Positions 1 to 8,331 of a stretch of DNA of 32,000 nt are shown here, piece by piece. Origin of the DNA: Wolbachia endosymbiont of Drosophila innubila (lineage in GTDB: Bacteria; Pseudomonadota; Alphaproteobacteria; Rickettsiales; Anaplasmataceae); contig NZ_CP076228.1 of the NCBI RefSeq assembly GCF_021378375.1, positions 1,230,001 to 1,262,000 on the forward strand, in the 5' to 3' direction. The notes beneath the pieces were generated by a model that was given only the letters and a program-made list of their open reading frames with translations, searched no databases and had not been told where the DNA came from. The position numbers and the translations under genes were made by a program. The stretch's first letter is position 1. The number at the start of each line of letters is the position of its first letter.

Positions 1-1
1 G

Positions 2-838
2 GCTAATGAAGTTGATCAATACATAGAGAAGCATAATATAGATCTTGGTATTTTAAGAAAACAAATAAAATGTCAGTTACTGTGGAGCAAAATTATTGAA
101 GTAAGAATTGTGCCATTTATTAATATAAGCGATAAAGAAGTAGATGATGTAAAAAGGCAAACAGAAAAGCCGGATTATCTTATCACGTTCCAAGAGTTTA
201 TAATTCCTGATCAAAAAGACAAGGACGTTTATGGTATAGCTGAAGATTTAGTAAAAAAATTACGCAACAGTGATAACCCAGAATCTCCAATAAAGATGCG
301 TAAAGCAACAGTTAATTTAAGTCAGCTAAAAGGAAAACTCAAGAGCGTTTTAGAAGGATTAGAAACCAGCGACATAGCAGGTCCATTCAGTTTCAGTGAA
401 GGTTACTCCGTTATAAAAGTAATAGATAAAGTACAACTTAATCATGCACTGCTGGAAAGCACTTTAAAATTAAAACAGATTGTGGTTGAAGGTTCAGAAA
501 GTTTATTAGATAATCTCAAGGAGCAAAAGGTCAGTTGTTTAAATTTTGATAAATTGGCAGATAATTTTAAGCTGCCAAACGCAAAAGAATTTGAAATAAA
601 AATGCGAGATTTAAATCCTGATTTACAGATTTTATTTAGTAAAACAAGTGTGAATGAAATAGTAGAATTGAGAGAAAATGGCACTGCAAAGTTGATGATG
701 TTGTGTGATATCAAGAGTAATGTAGCGGGTATAGAAGCAATCAAACAGAAAATGTACCAACAAAAGATTATGATACAAAGCAACTTGTTATTAGATGATA
801 TGCGTAAAAATGCAGCTATCAGTTATCGGTATAGTTGA
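2..838 (+). CDS. SurA-like periplasmic chaperone / parvulin-like protein (5' end outside window)
   Basis: The frame is open from base 2 (ANEVDQYIEKHNIDLGILRKQIKCQLLWSKIIEVRIVPFINISDKEV...). The GTG at 110 in the ORF track is therefore internal. A SurA_N-like helical segment is followed by a degenerate parvulin-like segment (..LEGLETSDIAGPFSFSEGYSVIKVIDK). Stop at 836-838. Confidence 0.6.
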   Translation, partial: ANEVDQYIEKHNIDLGILRKQIKCQLLWSKIIEVRIVPFINISDKEVDDVKRQTEKPDYLITFQEFIIPDQKDKDVYGIAEDLVKKLRNSDNPESPIKMRKATVNLSQLKGKLKSVLEGLETSDIAGPFSFSEGYSVIKVIDKVQLNHALLESTLKLKQIVVEGSESLLDNLKEQKVSCLNFDKLADNFKLPNAKEFEIKMRDLNPDLQILFSKTSVNEIVELRENGTAKLMMLCDIKSNVAGIEAIKQKMYQQKIMIQSNLLLDDMRKNAAISYRYS

Positions 839-935
839 AGTCAGAGAGTGTTCTTGTCTTTGTGTATAGAACTATATAAATTACTTTGTTCTATAAAATT
901 TCAAAAAATTTGAACAAATGCAGTTAAAATAGCAC

Positions 936-1556
936 ATGAAGAATATAATGCTAATTGGTGGTGGAGTTGGAAATGCAGTGTTATTTTCGATAGGGAAGGC
1001 ATGTCTTGAAAATAATAACAAGGTTTTGTACTTTGCTGGCTATAAGAAGTTAAGTGATGTATTTAAACGAGCACTGATAGAGCGTGCATCAAATGCAGTA
1101 ATTTGGGCATGTGAAGAAGGATTGATAGAAACAAGCAGAGATCAAGATAAATCCTTTCATGGTAATATAGTTGATGCAATAGTCTCTTATCAACAAGGAA
1201 GATTAGGTATTAATTTGAACGTTATAGATAAAATTATCACTATTGGTTCTGACAAAATGATGAAAGCTGTGAATGAAGCTAGAAAAACAATTTTAAAGCC
1301 ATATCTGAAATCAGGCCACATAGCGATATCATCAGTTAATTCTCCTATGCAGTGTATGATGAAAGAAATCTGCGCTCAGTGTGTGCAGCAACATATAAAT
1401 GCGAAAACAGGAGAAAGGAGTTTTGTTTATAGTTGCAGTAATCAAGACCAGGATATGGGGTGTGTTGATTTTGACTTTTTAAGTGAGCGCTTGAAGCAAA
1501 ATAGTTTACAAGAAAAACTTACTGCAAAATGGATAGATCATGTTCAAAGATATTAA
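936..1556 (+). CDS. PyrK/ferredoxin-reductase-like NAD(P)-binding domain protein with C-terminal Cys cluster, lacking the FAD-binding N-domain
   Basis: MLIGGGVGNAVLFSIGKA matches the GGGxGxA Rossmann start of FNR/PyrK NAD-binding domains. ITIGSDKMMKAV resembles the CGPxxM region. The C-terminal C-x5-C-x2-C...C cluster (QCMMKEICAQC...YSC) resembles PyrK-type Fe-S ligands. An in-frame TAG at 930-932 rules out a longer N-terminus. Confidence 0.45.
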   Translation: MKNIMLIGGGVGNAVLFSIGKACLENNNKVLYFAGYKKLSDVFKRALIERASNAVIWACEEGLIETSRDQDKSFHGNIVDAIVSYQQGRLGINLNVIDKIITIGSDKMMKAVNEARKTILKPYLKSGHIAISSVNSPMQCMMKEICAQCVQQHINAKTGERSFVYSCSNQDQDMGCVDFDFLSERLKQNSLQEKLTAKWIDHVQRY

Positions 1557-2091
1557 ACAGCACAAAAAGGAAATAAGAGAGCAATATAGAGCTATAAGAA
1601 AAGATATTGATGAAAGTTATTCCAGTTATGCGGCAAATTCCCTTATTAATCTCTTTAATCAGAACTTAAGCTACGTTAAAGGCAAAACAATAGCAGCTTA
1701 CATTCCAATGGATGAGGAAATAGATGTTGTGCCTTTGATGCATAGTTTACTCGATTTAGATTATAAAGTAGCAATTCCTAATAAAAATAAGTTACTAAAA
1801 TTTGAGGAATGGAACAAAACAAATGAAGACGTAATTCCCGACACAATCATTACTCCTGTTATTGCTTTTGATGATCATTTTAATAGATTGGGTTTTGGCG
1901 GTGGTTGGTATGATACAATGATAGAAAAACTGCGGCCACTTGGAAAAATATTTATAGGTGTAGCCTATGAGAAACAATATTGTAAAGATTTACCTGTAGA
2001 AAAACATGATCAAAAATTGGATATTATAATCACTGAGATGTGTGTTAGATGTGGAAGTGGATTGCTCAAAAAAGTGGATAAAAAAGAATAG
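1540..2091 (+). CDS. 5-formyltetrahydrofolate cyclo-ligase
   Basis: 183 aa with the family hallmarks: IAAYIPMDEEIDV, then VIAFDDHFNRLGFGGGWYD and a terminal DIIITE. The ATG overlaps the upstream stop by 17 nt, suggesting translational coupling. Confidence 0.8.
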   Translation: MFKDIKQHKKEIREQYRAIRKDIDESYSSYAANSLINLFNQNLSYVKGKTIAAYIPMDEEIDVVPLMHSLLDLDYKVAIPNKNKLLKFEEWNKTNEDVIPDTIITPVIAFDDHFNRLGFGGGWYDTMIEKLRPLGKIFIGVAYEKQYCKDLPVEKHDQKLDIIITEMCVRCGSGLLKKVDKKE

Positions 2092-2127
2092 ATCTCTACC
2101 TTTTCCATTCCCTCCCTCTCCAAGCCA

Positions 2128-2436
2128 TCAGAGGGTTTTGGTTTCTCCTGTACTCGCTTGTTCAGAACTTGGACTATCTAATTGAGGAACTGGTGACTTC
2201 ATTTGGTTAACTTTATCATTAACCATTTTTTCTACCTCCTCTATTTTACCCTCACCAATGGCCATAATTTTAGATTGAAATTTCTCCATAAGTTCCTCAA
2301 GTGCTTCCTTATCACTTTCATAAGTACTAGTACCTTTTTCTCTAAGCTTTTTCATGTCATCTTCTGAAAAATTTTGAATAGTTCCATTCTTTACTAACTC
2401 TTGTATAGCAGATCGCTGCCCTTCATTTTGAAGCAT
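2128..2436 (-). CDS. hypothetical acidic protein (possibly the C-terminal part of a split gene)
   Basis: 102-aa ORF with no recognisable motif. It is in the same frame as 2458..3162 and separated from it only by one TAG and 7 sense codons. Confidence 0.4.
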   Translation of the reverse strand: MLQNEGQRSAIQELVKNGTIQNFSEDDMKKLREKGTSTYESDKEALEELMEKFQSKIMAIGEGKIEEVEKMVNDKVNQMKSPVPQLDSPSSEQASTGETKTL

Positions 2437-2457
2437 GCCTATGACCTTTGCTTTACT

Positions 2458-3162
2458 CTAGGCGTTTTTTATTTTTTCACCTTCTTCGGACATATTATAG
2501 CCTATAATCTCTTGAGCCAAACTGTTGTATAATTTACTAAAGTTATCTTTTTTTGGCCCAACCTCAGGCAATTTATCCCCTAAATTTTTAGATAAACTTT
2601 TCACTGCTTTTCCTGCATCAATCGCACCTTCTTTTATTTTTTCCCCTGCCTTTACTATACCTATTCCTGCATAACGTGCTCCAATACCTACAAGTGCTAT
2701 TAATGTAGCAAGCACAATAAGTGGAGAAAATGCTGCTCCTAATACCATTACGGCAGAAGCTATTCCAATTTTTTTATTTGCAGATGCTGATTTAAAATAA
2801 TTGACTAGATTGTCCAGTGGACCTTTATTATTATTTATAACATTACTTATTGCTTGCTGATTAACAGATTTTAACGCCTCTTCTATTATTTTTGAGTCAA
2901 CATTTTCAGAAGTTAAACCTTCAAGCGCTTCTTCAATGAATTTTATAAATAATTCTTTGTTGACCTCCTTTTGCAAGCCTTGGTCATTAATCGCTAAACC
3001 TAAATCTTTGAGGTTCATCCCTTTAACTTGTTCTGATAGGGTTGTAAATAACTCTTTTTTCCCCTCTTGTGAGGATTGTGCAATACTTTCTATTATATCT
3101 GAAATAGCTTTTCTTAGTTCTGGATAGTCAGTGTCAAAAAACATACTATTGCTAGATTCCAT
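2458..3162 (-). CDS. hypothetical membrane protein
   Basis: 234-aa ORF. A helical acidic N-terminal half is followed by a long hydrophobic stretch (IGIASAVMVLGAAFSPLIVLATLIALVGIGARYAGIGIV). No family recognised. Confidence 0.5.
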   Translation of the reverse strand: MESSNSMFFDTDYPELRKAISDIIESIAQSSQEGKKELFTTLSEQVKGMNLKDLGLAINDQGLQKEVNKELFIKFIEEALEGLTSENVDSKIIEEALKSVNQQAISNVINNNKGPLDNLVNYFKSASANKKIGIASAVMVLGAAFSPLIVLATLIALVGIGARYAGIGIVKAGEKIKEGAIDAGKAVKSLSKNLGDKLPEVGPKKDNFSKLYNSLAQEIIGYNMSEEGEKIKNA

Positions 3163-3298
3163 ATTCAGCTTCGTTGATTATAAATATGCCTAATTATACA
3201 TACTAATCATTAATTATATTATAATTGATATAACACACCCCTTTCCAAATATAGAATTTGTATTAAAATATCTAGATTATATGAAATCAAGGTACTTT

Positions 3299-3994
3299 AT
3301 GGGTGAAAAAAAATTAAAAGCTGCTGTGGTCTTATCAGGGTGTGGTCACCTTGACGGTGCAGAGGTAAGAGAAGCGGTTTTAAGTTTGCTTGTGCTTGAT
3401 CAGCAGGAAGTGGATGTTAAATGCTTTGCACCTGATATCAATATCACACAAGTTATGAATCATAGAACAAAAGAAAAAAGGAATGTACTTGTGGAAGCAG
3501 CAAGAATCGCAAGAGGCGAAATATATGACTTAAAAGAAGCCAAAGCTGAAAATTTTGACATGCTAGTTGTACCTGGTGGATACGGGGTTGCGAAAAATTT
3601 ATCTGACTTAGCTGAAAGTAAAGACATGGTGACAGTAATGCCTGAATTTGAAAGATTAGTTTCAGAATTTTTTGTTACAAAAAAGCCAATAGGAGCGATA
3701 TGCATATCTCCAGCCATCATTGTTTCAATTTTAAGTAGCAAGATAGGTAAAGAAGAAAGTAAGGTTAAGGTAACTATAGGAGATGACAGAGAACAGTTGA
3801 TAGAAAGGCTTGGCGGCGAGCACATAAAATGCGATACAGAGTTATCAATAGAAGACGAAGAACATAATGTATTTTCCTGTTCTGCTTATATGCGTAGCGA
3901 CGAAAGTACATACTCTGTATATCAAGGGATAAAGCATATGATTGACAGCATGGTAAAAAAGATTAAAAAAAAAACTAAACAGCCATTCCTATAA
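3299..3994 (+). CDS. elbB: ElbB-type DJ-1/PfpI-family glyoxalase (isoprenoid biosynthesis protein ElbB homolog)
   Basis: Collinear with E. coli ElbB: KAAVVLSGCGHLDGAEVREAVL, NVLVEAARIARGEI, MLVVPGGYGVAKNLSD, PIGAICISPA. The start is placed at the ATG at 3299 (MGEKKLKAAVV..) by homology. The ORF track start at 3281 is possible. Confidence 0.8.
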   Translation: MGEKKLKAAVVLSGCGHLDGAEVREAVLSLLVLDQQEVDVKCFAPDINITQVMNHRTKEKRNVLVEAARIARGEIYDLKEAKAENFDMLVVPGGYGVAKNLSDLAESKDMVTVMPEFERLVSEFFVTKKPIGAICISPAIIVSILSSKIGKEESKVKVTIGDDREQLIERLGGEHIKCDTELSIEDEEHNVFSCSAYMRSDESTYSVYQGIKHMIDSMVKKIKKKTKQPFL

Positions 3995-4169
3995 GGTGTA
4001 CTAAATAAGACTTCTCTATTAATCACACAATTAACTGTTGAATTTTACATTTCTAGCTGTATTATGGCTACGTAGCTAAAGTAACTTAGGTTTATCGACG
4101 CTTTACTACTTGTTAGCGGTGTGGTGTAGTGGCCATATATGTTTAGTTCTTTTTTTTAAGGTATTTTGT

Positions 4170-4478
4170 ATGTCAGATCTTTTCTATATTGAAACTACGT
4201 GTTGTGTGGACGGTCAGTGTGATGTCTATACAGGGGAAGTGAGTTTTAATGATGTCATGTTAGGCAAGTTCAGTCTAAATTCGTGCAGCGGGAAAGAAGC
4301 TATGATAAATCTAGACATTATTACATTCGATATTAATATCGCTATTGATGGTCAAAATGGAAAGACAATAAAAAAAGACCTTAAAGGTCTTGAATTTGTA
4401 ACTAAAGATGATGGTTCTTGGTATATTAATAAGGATTTTGGTGATGATAAATTTGAAGTTGTAGTAAAGCAATCATAA
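4170..4478 (+). CDS. hypothetical small protein
   Basis: The ORF is open from a TTG at 4110. The ATG at 4170 has an aagg about 9 nt upstream. 102 aa with no recognisable motif. The stop lies 2 nt from the convergent ftsI stop. Confidence 0.35.
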   Translation: MSDLFYIETTCCVDGQCDVYTGEVSFNDVMLGKFSLNSCSGKEAMINLDIITFDINIAIDGQNGKTIKKDLKGLEFVTKDDGSWYINKDFGDDKFEVVVKQS

Positions 4479-4480
4479 TT

Positions 4481-6028
4481 TTACATCTCAGGTGTAACAT
4501 TTAGTATAGGCGCTATTCTATTTATAATGTTCTTTACTATAGGCGCAGCAATTATTCCCCCGGTATGGTGCATCCCTTGAGGCTCATCAATAGCAATTAG
4601 CACTATGTACCTTGGGTCAAGCATAGTTAGCACTCCTATAAATGATGCTATGTTTGCATCTTTGCTATATTTACCATCTACAACTTTTTCCGCCGATCCA
4701 GTTTTTCCTCCTATTGAATATGCCTTTATTTTTGCTTTTCTGCCAGTGCCATCTGTTACTGCTGCACGTAATAATTTTCTCATTTCCCTGGAAGTTCTTC
4801 TTGAGATAATTTGCTCTCCTATACTTCTTTTATTCAATATCAAGGTTGCGTTATGAAATATCCCATTGTTGATTAATGCTGCTGCAGTTTGTGCAAGATG
4901 TATAGGAGTTACAGCTATGCCATAACCATAAGATGCTGTTATTAAAGTGGTTTCACTCCATTTATCCGGGATTATCGGTGTGGATTTTTCTGGTATTTCT
5001 ATTTTCAAAGGAGAAAATAGCTTCATAGCTTTAAAGTATTCTACCTGTTTTTCAATACCTAGTTTGACTGCAATTTTTGCTGCACCAATGTTGGATGATT
5101 TTACAAATATATCTTGCACAGTAATTTTTGGAATTTTAGATTTATGAAAATCCTGAATTTTATACTTTCCGATGGTGATTGGTGTTGATACGTCATATAA
5201 ATCGCTAGTTTTTGTAGCGTTCGCATCAAGCGCTGCGGCTATTGTAAAGTATTTTAATACCGACCCCATCTCATATACCCCAAGACTGGCGCGATTAAAC
5301 TTTTGTACGTCTTCTGCCTTATTCTGTAAGTTGGGATTAAAATCAGGTAGGCTGACCATCGAGATAACTTCACTATTTCTCACATTTAAAACAATTCCTA
5401 CTCCGCCAAGTGCCTGATATCTGCTTACAGCTTTAGTTAGCTCTTCATGCACTATGCTTTGCACTCGTGTATCTAAGGATAGTATTATGGGCTTTTCTTG
5501 CTCATTGTTTTTACTTATATACGCCTCAACTCCTGCAATACCATTGCCATCTATGTCAGTGTAACCAAGCACGTGTGAAAATAAATTACTGTGAGGATAT
5601 ATACGCTTTATGTCGTCATCAAAATTTACTCCTGGTACACCAGCGTTTTTGATCGCTAGTAATTCTTTTGGAGTCAAGTGCCGCTTTATCCAAGCAAATT
5701 TCTTTTCTGAAGTAAGTACTCTATATAAGTTCTTGTATTCGAGGTCATGCAAAGTAGAACACAGTTGTGCTGCTATACTTTCCGGATTCTTTACTTTGGT
5801 TGCATCTATATATAGTGATGTTGTGGGCACATTTGTTGCTATTACCACTCCATTTCTATCTAAAATATCAGGTTGTTTATGTACTATATTATCTTTTCTA
5901 AAATTTTCTGAAGTAGTAAGTTGATCAAATGTTAAAGAGAATATGCGAAAAATAATTATTATATAAAATATAAATAATGGTACTATAAAACACAGTGAGC
6001 GGAGCTTATTTTTAAGTAATGCTTGCAT
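4481..6028 (-). CDS. ftsI: peptidoglycan D,D-transpeptidase FtsI (PBP3-class penicillin-binding protein)
   Basis: N-terminal TM anchor. Carries SxxK (GSVLKY), SSN (VKSSNIG) and KTG (GGKTGSAEK). Collinear with E. coli FtsI blocks ([43 protein letters not shown]; [20 protein letters not shown]). The first ATG is at 6028; the ORF track uses a TTG at 6046. Confidence 0.8.
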   Translation of the reverse strand: MQALLKNKLRSLCFIVPLFIFYIIIIFRIFSLTFDQLTTSENFRKDNIVHKQPDILDRNGVVIATNVPTTSLYIDATKVKNPESIAAQLCSTLHDLEYKNLYRVLTSEKKFAWIKRHLTPKELLAIKNAGVPGVNFDDDIKRIYPHSNLFSHVLGYTDIDGNGIAGVEAYISKNNEQEKPIILSLDTRVQSIVHEELTKAVSRYQALGGVGIVLNVRNSEVISMVSLPDFNPNLQNKAEDVQKFNRASLGVYEMGSVLKYFTIAAALDANATKTSDLYDVSTPITIGKYKIQDFHKSKIPKITVQDIFVKSSNIGAAKIAVKLGIEKQVEYFKAMKLFSPLKIEIPEKSTPIIPDKWSETTLITASYGYGIAVTPIHLAQTAAALINNGIFHNATLILNKRSIGEQIISRRTSREMRKLLRAAVTDGTGRKAKIKAYSIGGKTGSAEKVVDGKYSKDANIASFIGVLTMLDPRYIVLIAIDEPQGMHHTGGIIAAPIVKNIINRIAPILNVTPEM

Positions 6029-6048
6029 ATTTACTTGATTTGACAAAA

Positions 6049-6978
6049 ATGGAAATCATCTTAGCTGAACCACGAGGTTTTTGTGCCGGGGTAAAAAGAG
6101 CTGTGGACATATTAGCTATTACTTTAGAAAAATACAAAAACGAGCGCCAAGTTTATGTGCTACACGAAATTGTTCACAATAAATATATAGTAGAGGACTT
6201 TAAGAAACAAGGAGTGGTTTTTGTAAGCAGTATCGAGGAAATTGAAGATAATGAAGGAATACTGATCTTCAGCGCGCACGGAGTATCAAAAAATATAGAA
6301 GATGAGGCAAAAAGAAAGGGTATTCAAGTGATTGATGCAACATGTCCTTTAGTCAACAAAGTGCATAAAGAAGCAAAAAGGTATGAAAACAGTGGTAAAG
6401 AATTAATTCTCATTGGGCATGAAAACCATCCAGAAGTTAAGGGAATTAGGGGAAGAGTAAACAATCCTGTCACTTTAGTGCAAACTTTGCAGGATGTATA
6501 TGATTTAAAGGTTAAAGATCCAGATAATTTGTCTTATGTTACACAAACTACGTTAAGCATCGACGATACCCGTGACATTATTGCTGCCTTGAAATTAAGG
6601 TTTCCAGGCATAACAGGTCCAGATTTAAAGGACATATGCTATGCAACGCAAAACAGACAAAATGCTGTTAAAAAGCTAGCTGAAATTGTAGACATGGTAT
6701 TAGTTGTAGGAAGTAAAAATAGCTCAAATTCAAACCGCTTATTAGATCTGTGCACTGCCAGAGGAAAAAGAGCCTACTTGATTGATAATTACAGCTGTGT
6801 GAATAAAAGCTGGTTTCAGGGCGTAGAAAAGATAGGAATCACCGCAGGTGCTTCCGCTCCTGACATATTAGTTGATGAATTAATAGACTACCTAAAAGTA
6901 AACCTGAGTGTAAAAATTTCAGTTATGCCAGGTGGTATTACTGAAAATGTTCAGTTTAAAATACCGAATCTGGTTTAA
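6049..6978 (+). CDS. ispH: 4-hydroxy-3-methylbut-2-enyl diphosphate reductase
   Basis: [19 protein letters not shown] matches the IspH N-terminus. All three Fe-S cysteines are present ([20 protein letters not shown]), as are HNKYIV, SAHGVS and [13 protein letters not shown]. The start at 6049 is by homology; the ATG at 6019 would add 10 non-homologous residues. Confidence 0.95.
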   Translation: MEIILAEPRGFCAGVKRAVDILAITLEKYKNERQVYVLHEIVHNKYIVEDFKKQGVVFVSSIEEIEDNEGILIFSAHGVSKNIEDEAKRKGIQVIDATCPLVNKVHKEAKRYENSGKELILIGHENHPEVKGIRGRVNNPVTLVQTLQDVYDLKVKDPDNLSYVTQTTLSIDDTRDIIAALKLRFPGITGPDLKDICYATQNRQNAVKKLAEIVDMVLVVGSKNSSNSNRLLDLCTARGKRAYLIDNYSCVNKSWFQGVEKIGITAGASAPDILVDELIDYLKVNLSVKISVMPGGITENVQFKIPNLV

Positions 6979-7116
6979 AACACAACTTATCTACTAAACT
7001 TCTCTTGAAATCACACAAACCAGCATCTATAGCTAAGACGTCATACCGCGATTCATTAGACTTCTTGCATAACCATATAACAAACTTTTATTGGGAATAG
7101 AAACGAAAAAACTTGC

Positions 7117-7145
7117 TTGACAAACTCCGCTAGCCCCCTTATCAT
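7117..7145 (+). promoter_or_regulatory. near-consensus sigma70-type promoter inside repeat copy 1
   Basis: TTGACA (7117-7122), a 17-nt spacer, then TATCAT (7140-7145). An A-rich tract (aaacgaaaaaa) lies just upstream. No gene lies downstream. Confidence 0.5.
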
Positions 7146-7378
7146 GAAACTGAAGCTATTGTATTTGCTTTCGCCAATCTGCAGATTAAAAGGTAAGGAT
7201 TACTTAATGTATCGGCGTCTTATGTTCAATTTTTTGCAGTATATAGATACTGTATGTCTTTACAAAACTTCATCTACATCTAGATTTTTATCTAAATAAG
7301 CTGAACGCGCTTATAAAGCGTTACAAGACATCAAAAAATGCCAATACTCGACAGAGATAGTAAAAGACTAGCTAACTC

Positions 7379-7400
7379 GGGGATTCTTTGTCTTTTTTTC
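7379..7400 (+). terminator. weak hairpin plus T-run at the end of tandem unit a, copy 1
   Basis: ggggattctttgtc followed by tttttttc. The stem is short and includes wobble pairs; the call rests mainly on the T-run and on recurrence in all units. Confidence 0.25.
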
Positions 7401-7522
7401 TGCTTAGTAAATTTCTTAAACATTTGCAGCGTAGGTTAGTTGCAATTAAAAGCGGCTGAATCTCGCTTGTCAAGCGTTTAAAACATAAAAAACGCCAATA
7501 TTTTAAAGCGGATAATAACCAC

Positions 7523-7546
7523 GGGGCTTCTTTTGCCTTTTTTTTC
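7523..7546 (+). terminator. weak hairpin plus T-run at the end of tandem unit b, copy 1
   Basis: ggggcttcttttgcc followed by ttttttttc. GGGGC can pair with GCCUU (two G-U pairs) around a 7-nt loop, followed by a U8 run. Confidence 0.3.
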
Positions 7547-7584
7547 ATTTGGTAAATTTCTTAATATTTATGGCTAAACGACAA

Positions 7585-7860
7585 CCGTCATCCCGCTGCT
7601 TGTTAGCGGCTGAGATACCGCGAATGAATCGCGGTATGACGGTTCGCAGAGGCATGACGATAAGGTTTATACCTTGTCATCCCAGTGCCCAAACGCTGGG
7701 ATCCAGTTTTCTTTACAAATTCACCAAAAGTGTTTCATTCTATAACATAAAACCCATACTCACCAAATCCAATGCATTACTTGCAATTAAGTTTCCTGGA
7801 TCCCAGTGTCTGGGCACTGGGATAACAAAGGAGGACGTTATTCCAGTGCCAAGCACTGAC
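7585..7860. repeat. nest of short palindromic elements at the centre of the ispH-htpG palindrome
   Basis: 7586-7642 (cgtcatcccgctgcttgttagcgg ctgaga taccgcgaatgaatcgcggta tgacg) has outer and inner stems. 7676-7706 (gtcatcccagtgcccaaacgctgggatccag) is mirrored by its reverse complement at 7796-7827. The same families recur at 14485, 21327, 24593 and 26489. Confidence 0.85.
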
Positions 7861-7914
7861 CATTTCTGGTCTCTTAAATTGCAACTAATCTAAGTATTAA
7901 AAAATTTACCAAAC

Positions 7915-7937
7915 GAAAAAAAAGGCAAAAAAAGCCC
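7915..7937 (-). terminator. weak hairpin plus T-run at the end of unit b, copy 2
   Basis: The reverse complement reads gggctttttttgcc followed by ttttttttc. Confidence 0.25.
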
Positions 7938-8070
7938 GATGGTTGGCTAGTTACTTACATTATACTTTCAAGTATGGCGTTTTTTTATTCTAAACGCTTA
8001 ATAACCGTGACTCAGCCGCTTTTAAGCCGCAACTAATCTAAATTATAAACGTTAAGAAATTTACTAAACA

Positions 8071-8091
8071 GAAAAAAAGGCAAAGAAACCC
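8071..8091 (-). terminator. weak hairpin plus T-run at the end of unit a, copy 2
   Basis: The reverse complement reads gggtttctttgcc followed by tttttttc. Confidence 0.25.
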
Positions 8092-8302
8092 TAGGGTAGC
8101 TAATTATTCACTATCCATTTTTTAAGTTGGCGTTTTTTGATGTTTTAAATAGCGTATTTCAGCTTGTGTAGCTAGAAATTTGATAAAGACATGAGGTGCA
8201 CATAGTGCAAAAAATTAAGCATGATTTACGCCAAATACATTAAGTTTTTTTGTCATTAATCCACTGCAGAGATTGCGAAGATAAATAAATAGCTTCAGTT
8301 TC

Positions 8303-8331
8303 ATGATAAGGGGGCTGGCGAAGGGTGTCAA
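8303..8331 (-). promoter_or_regulatory. near-consensus sigma70-type promoter inside repeat copy 2
   Basis: On the minus strand: TTGACA (8331-8326), a 17-nt spacer, then TATCAT (8308-8303). It points leftward, away from htpG. Confidence 0.5.

Larger units (their letters stand above)
7063..7575 (+). repeat. composite non-coding repeat, copy 1 (promoter-like site plus two ~150-bp tandem units)
   Basis: Block-for-block similar to the reverse complement of 7870-8382 and to 20871-21326. Shared blocks include the A-tract, TTGACA-N17-TATCAT, ga(a/t)actgaag, ctgcag, aattttttgca, aagctgaa..gcg, gccaata, gggg.ttctttg.c-T7-ctg.ttagtaaatttcttaa, aagcggctga, gggcttcttttgcc-T8 and ggtaaatttctta. Confidence 0.85.

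Noticed and set aside
3281-3298. Upstream alternative start codons from the ORF track (3281 elbB, 6019 ispH, 8490 htpG, 19278 bcp, 23753 SDR, 17667 kinase, 4110 small ORF)
   Set aside because: Homology to known N-termini and/or the position of an RBS favours the downstream starts given in the feature table. These remain uncertain by a few codons.
7117-7299. 60-aa ORF in repeat copy 1, with the related 67-aa ORF at 8215..8418 on the minus strand
   Set aside because: They share only ASPLIMKLKL, which is the translation of the conserved promoter region itself. The frames diverge immediately afterwards, and copy 3 has no equivalent ORF. The starts are TTG and GTG.
7549-7893. 114-aa ORF across the centre of the ispH-htpG spacer
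   Set aside because: It is a read-through of stacked palindromic repeats (peptides such as SSRCLLAAEIPRMNRGMT, CHPSAQTLGS, VIPVPS). It has a TTG start and no RBS, and the same repeat DNA is non-coding elsewhere.
7298-8165. Possibility that the regularly spaced repeats form a CRISPR array
   Set aside because: The period is about 150 bp and the whole unit is conserved, not short direct repeats separated by unique spacers. The two sets are inverted relative to each other, and no cas genes are present.
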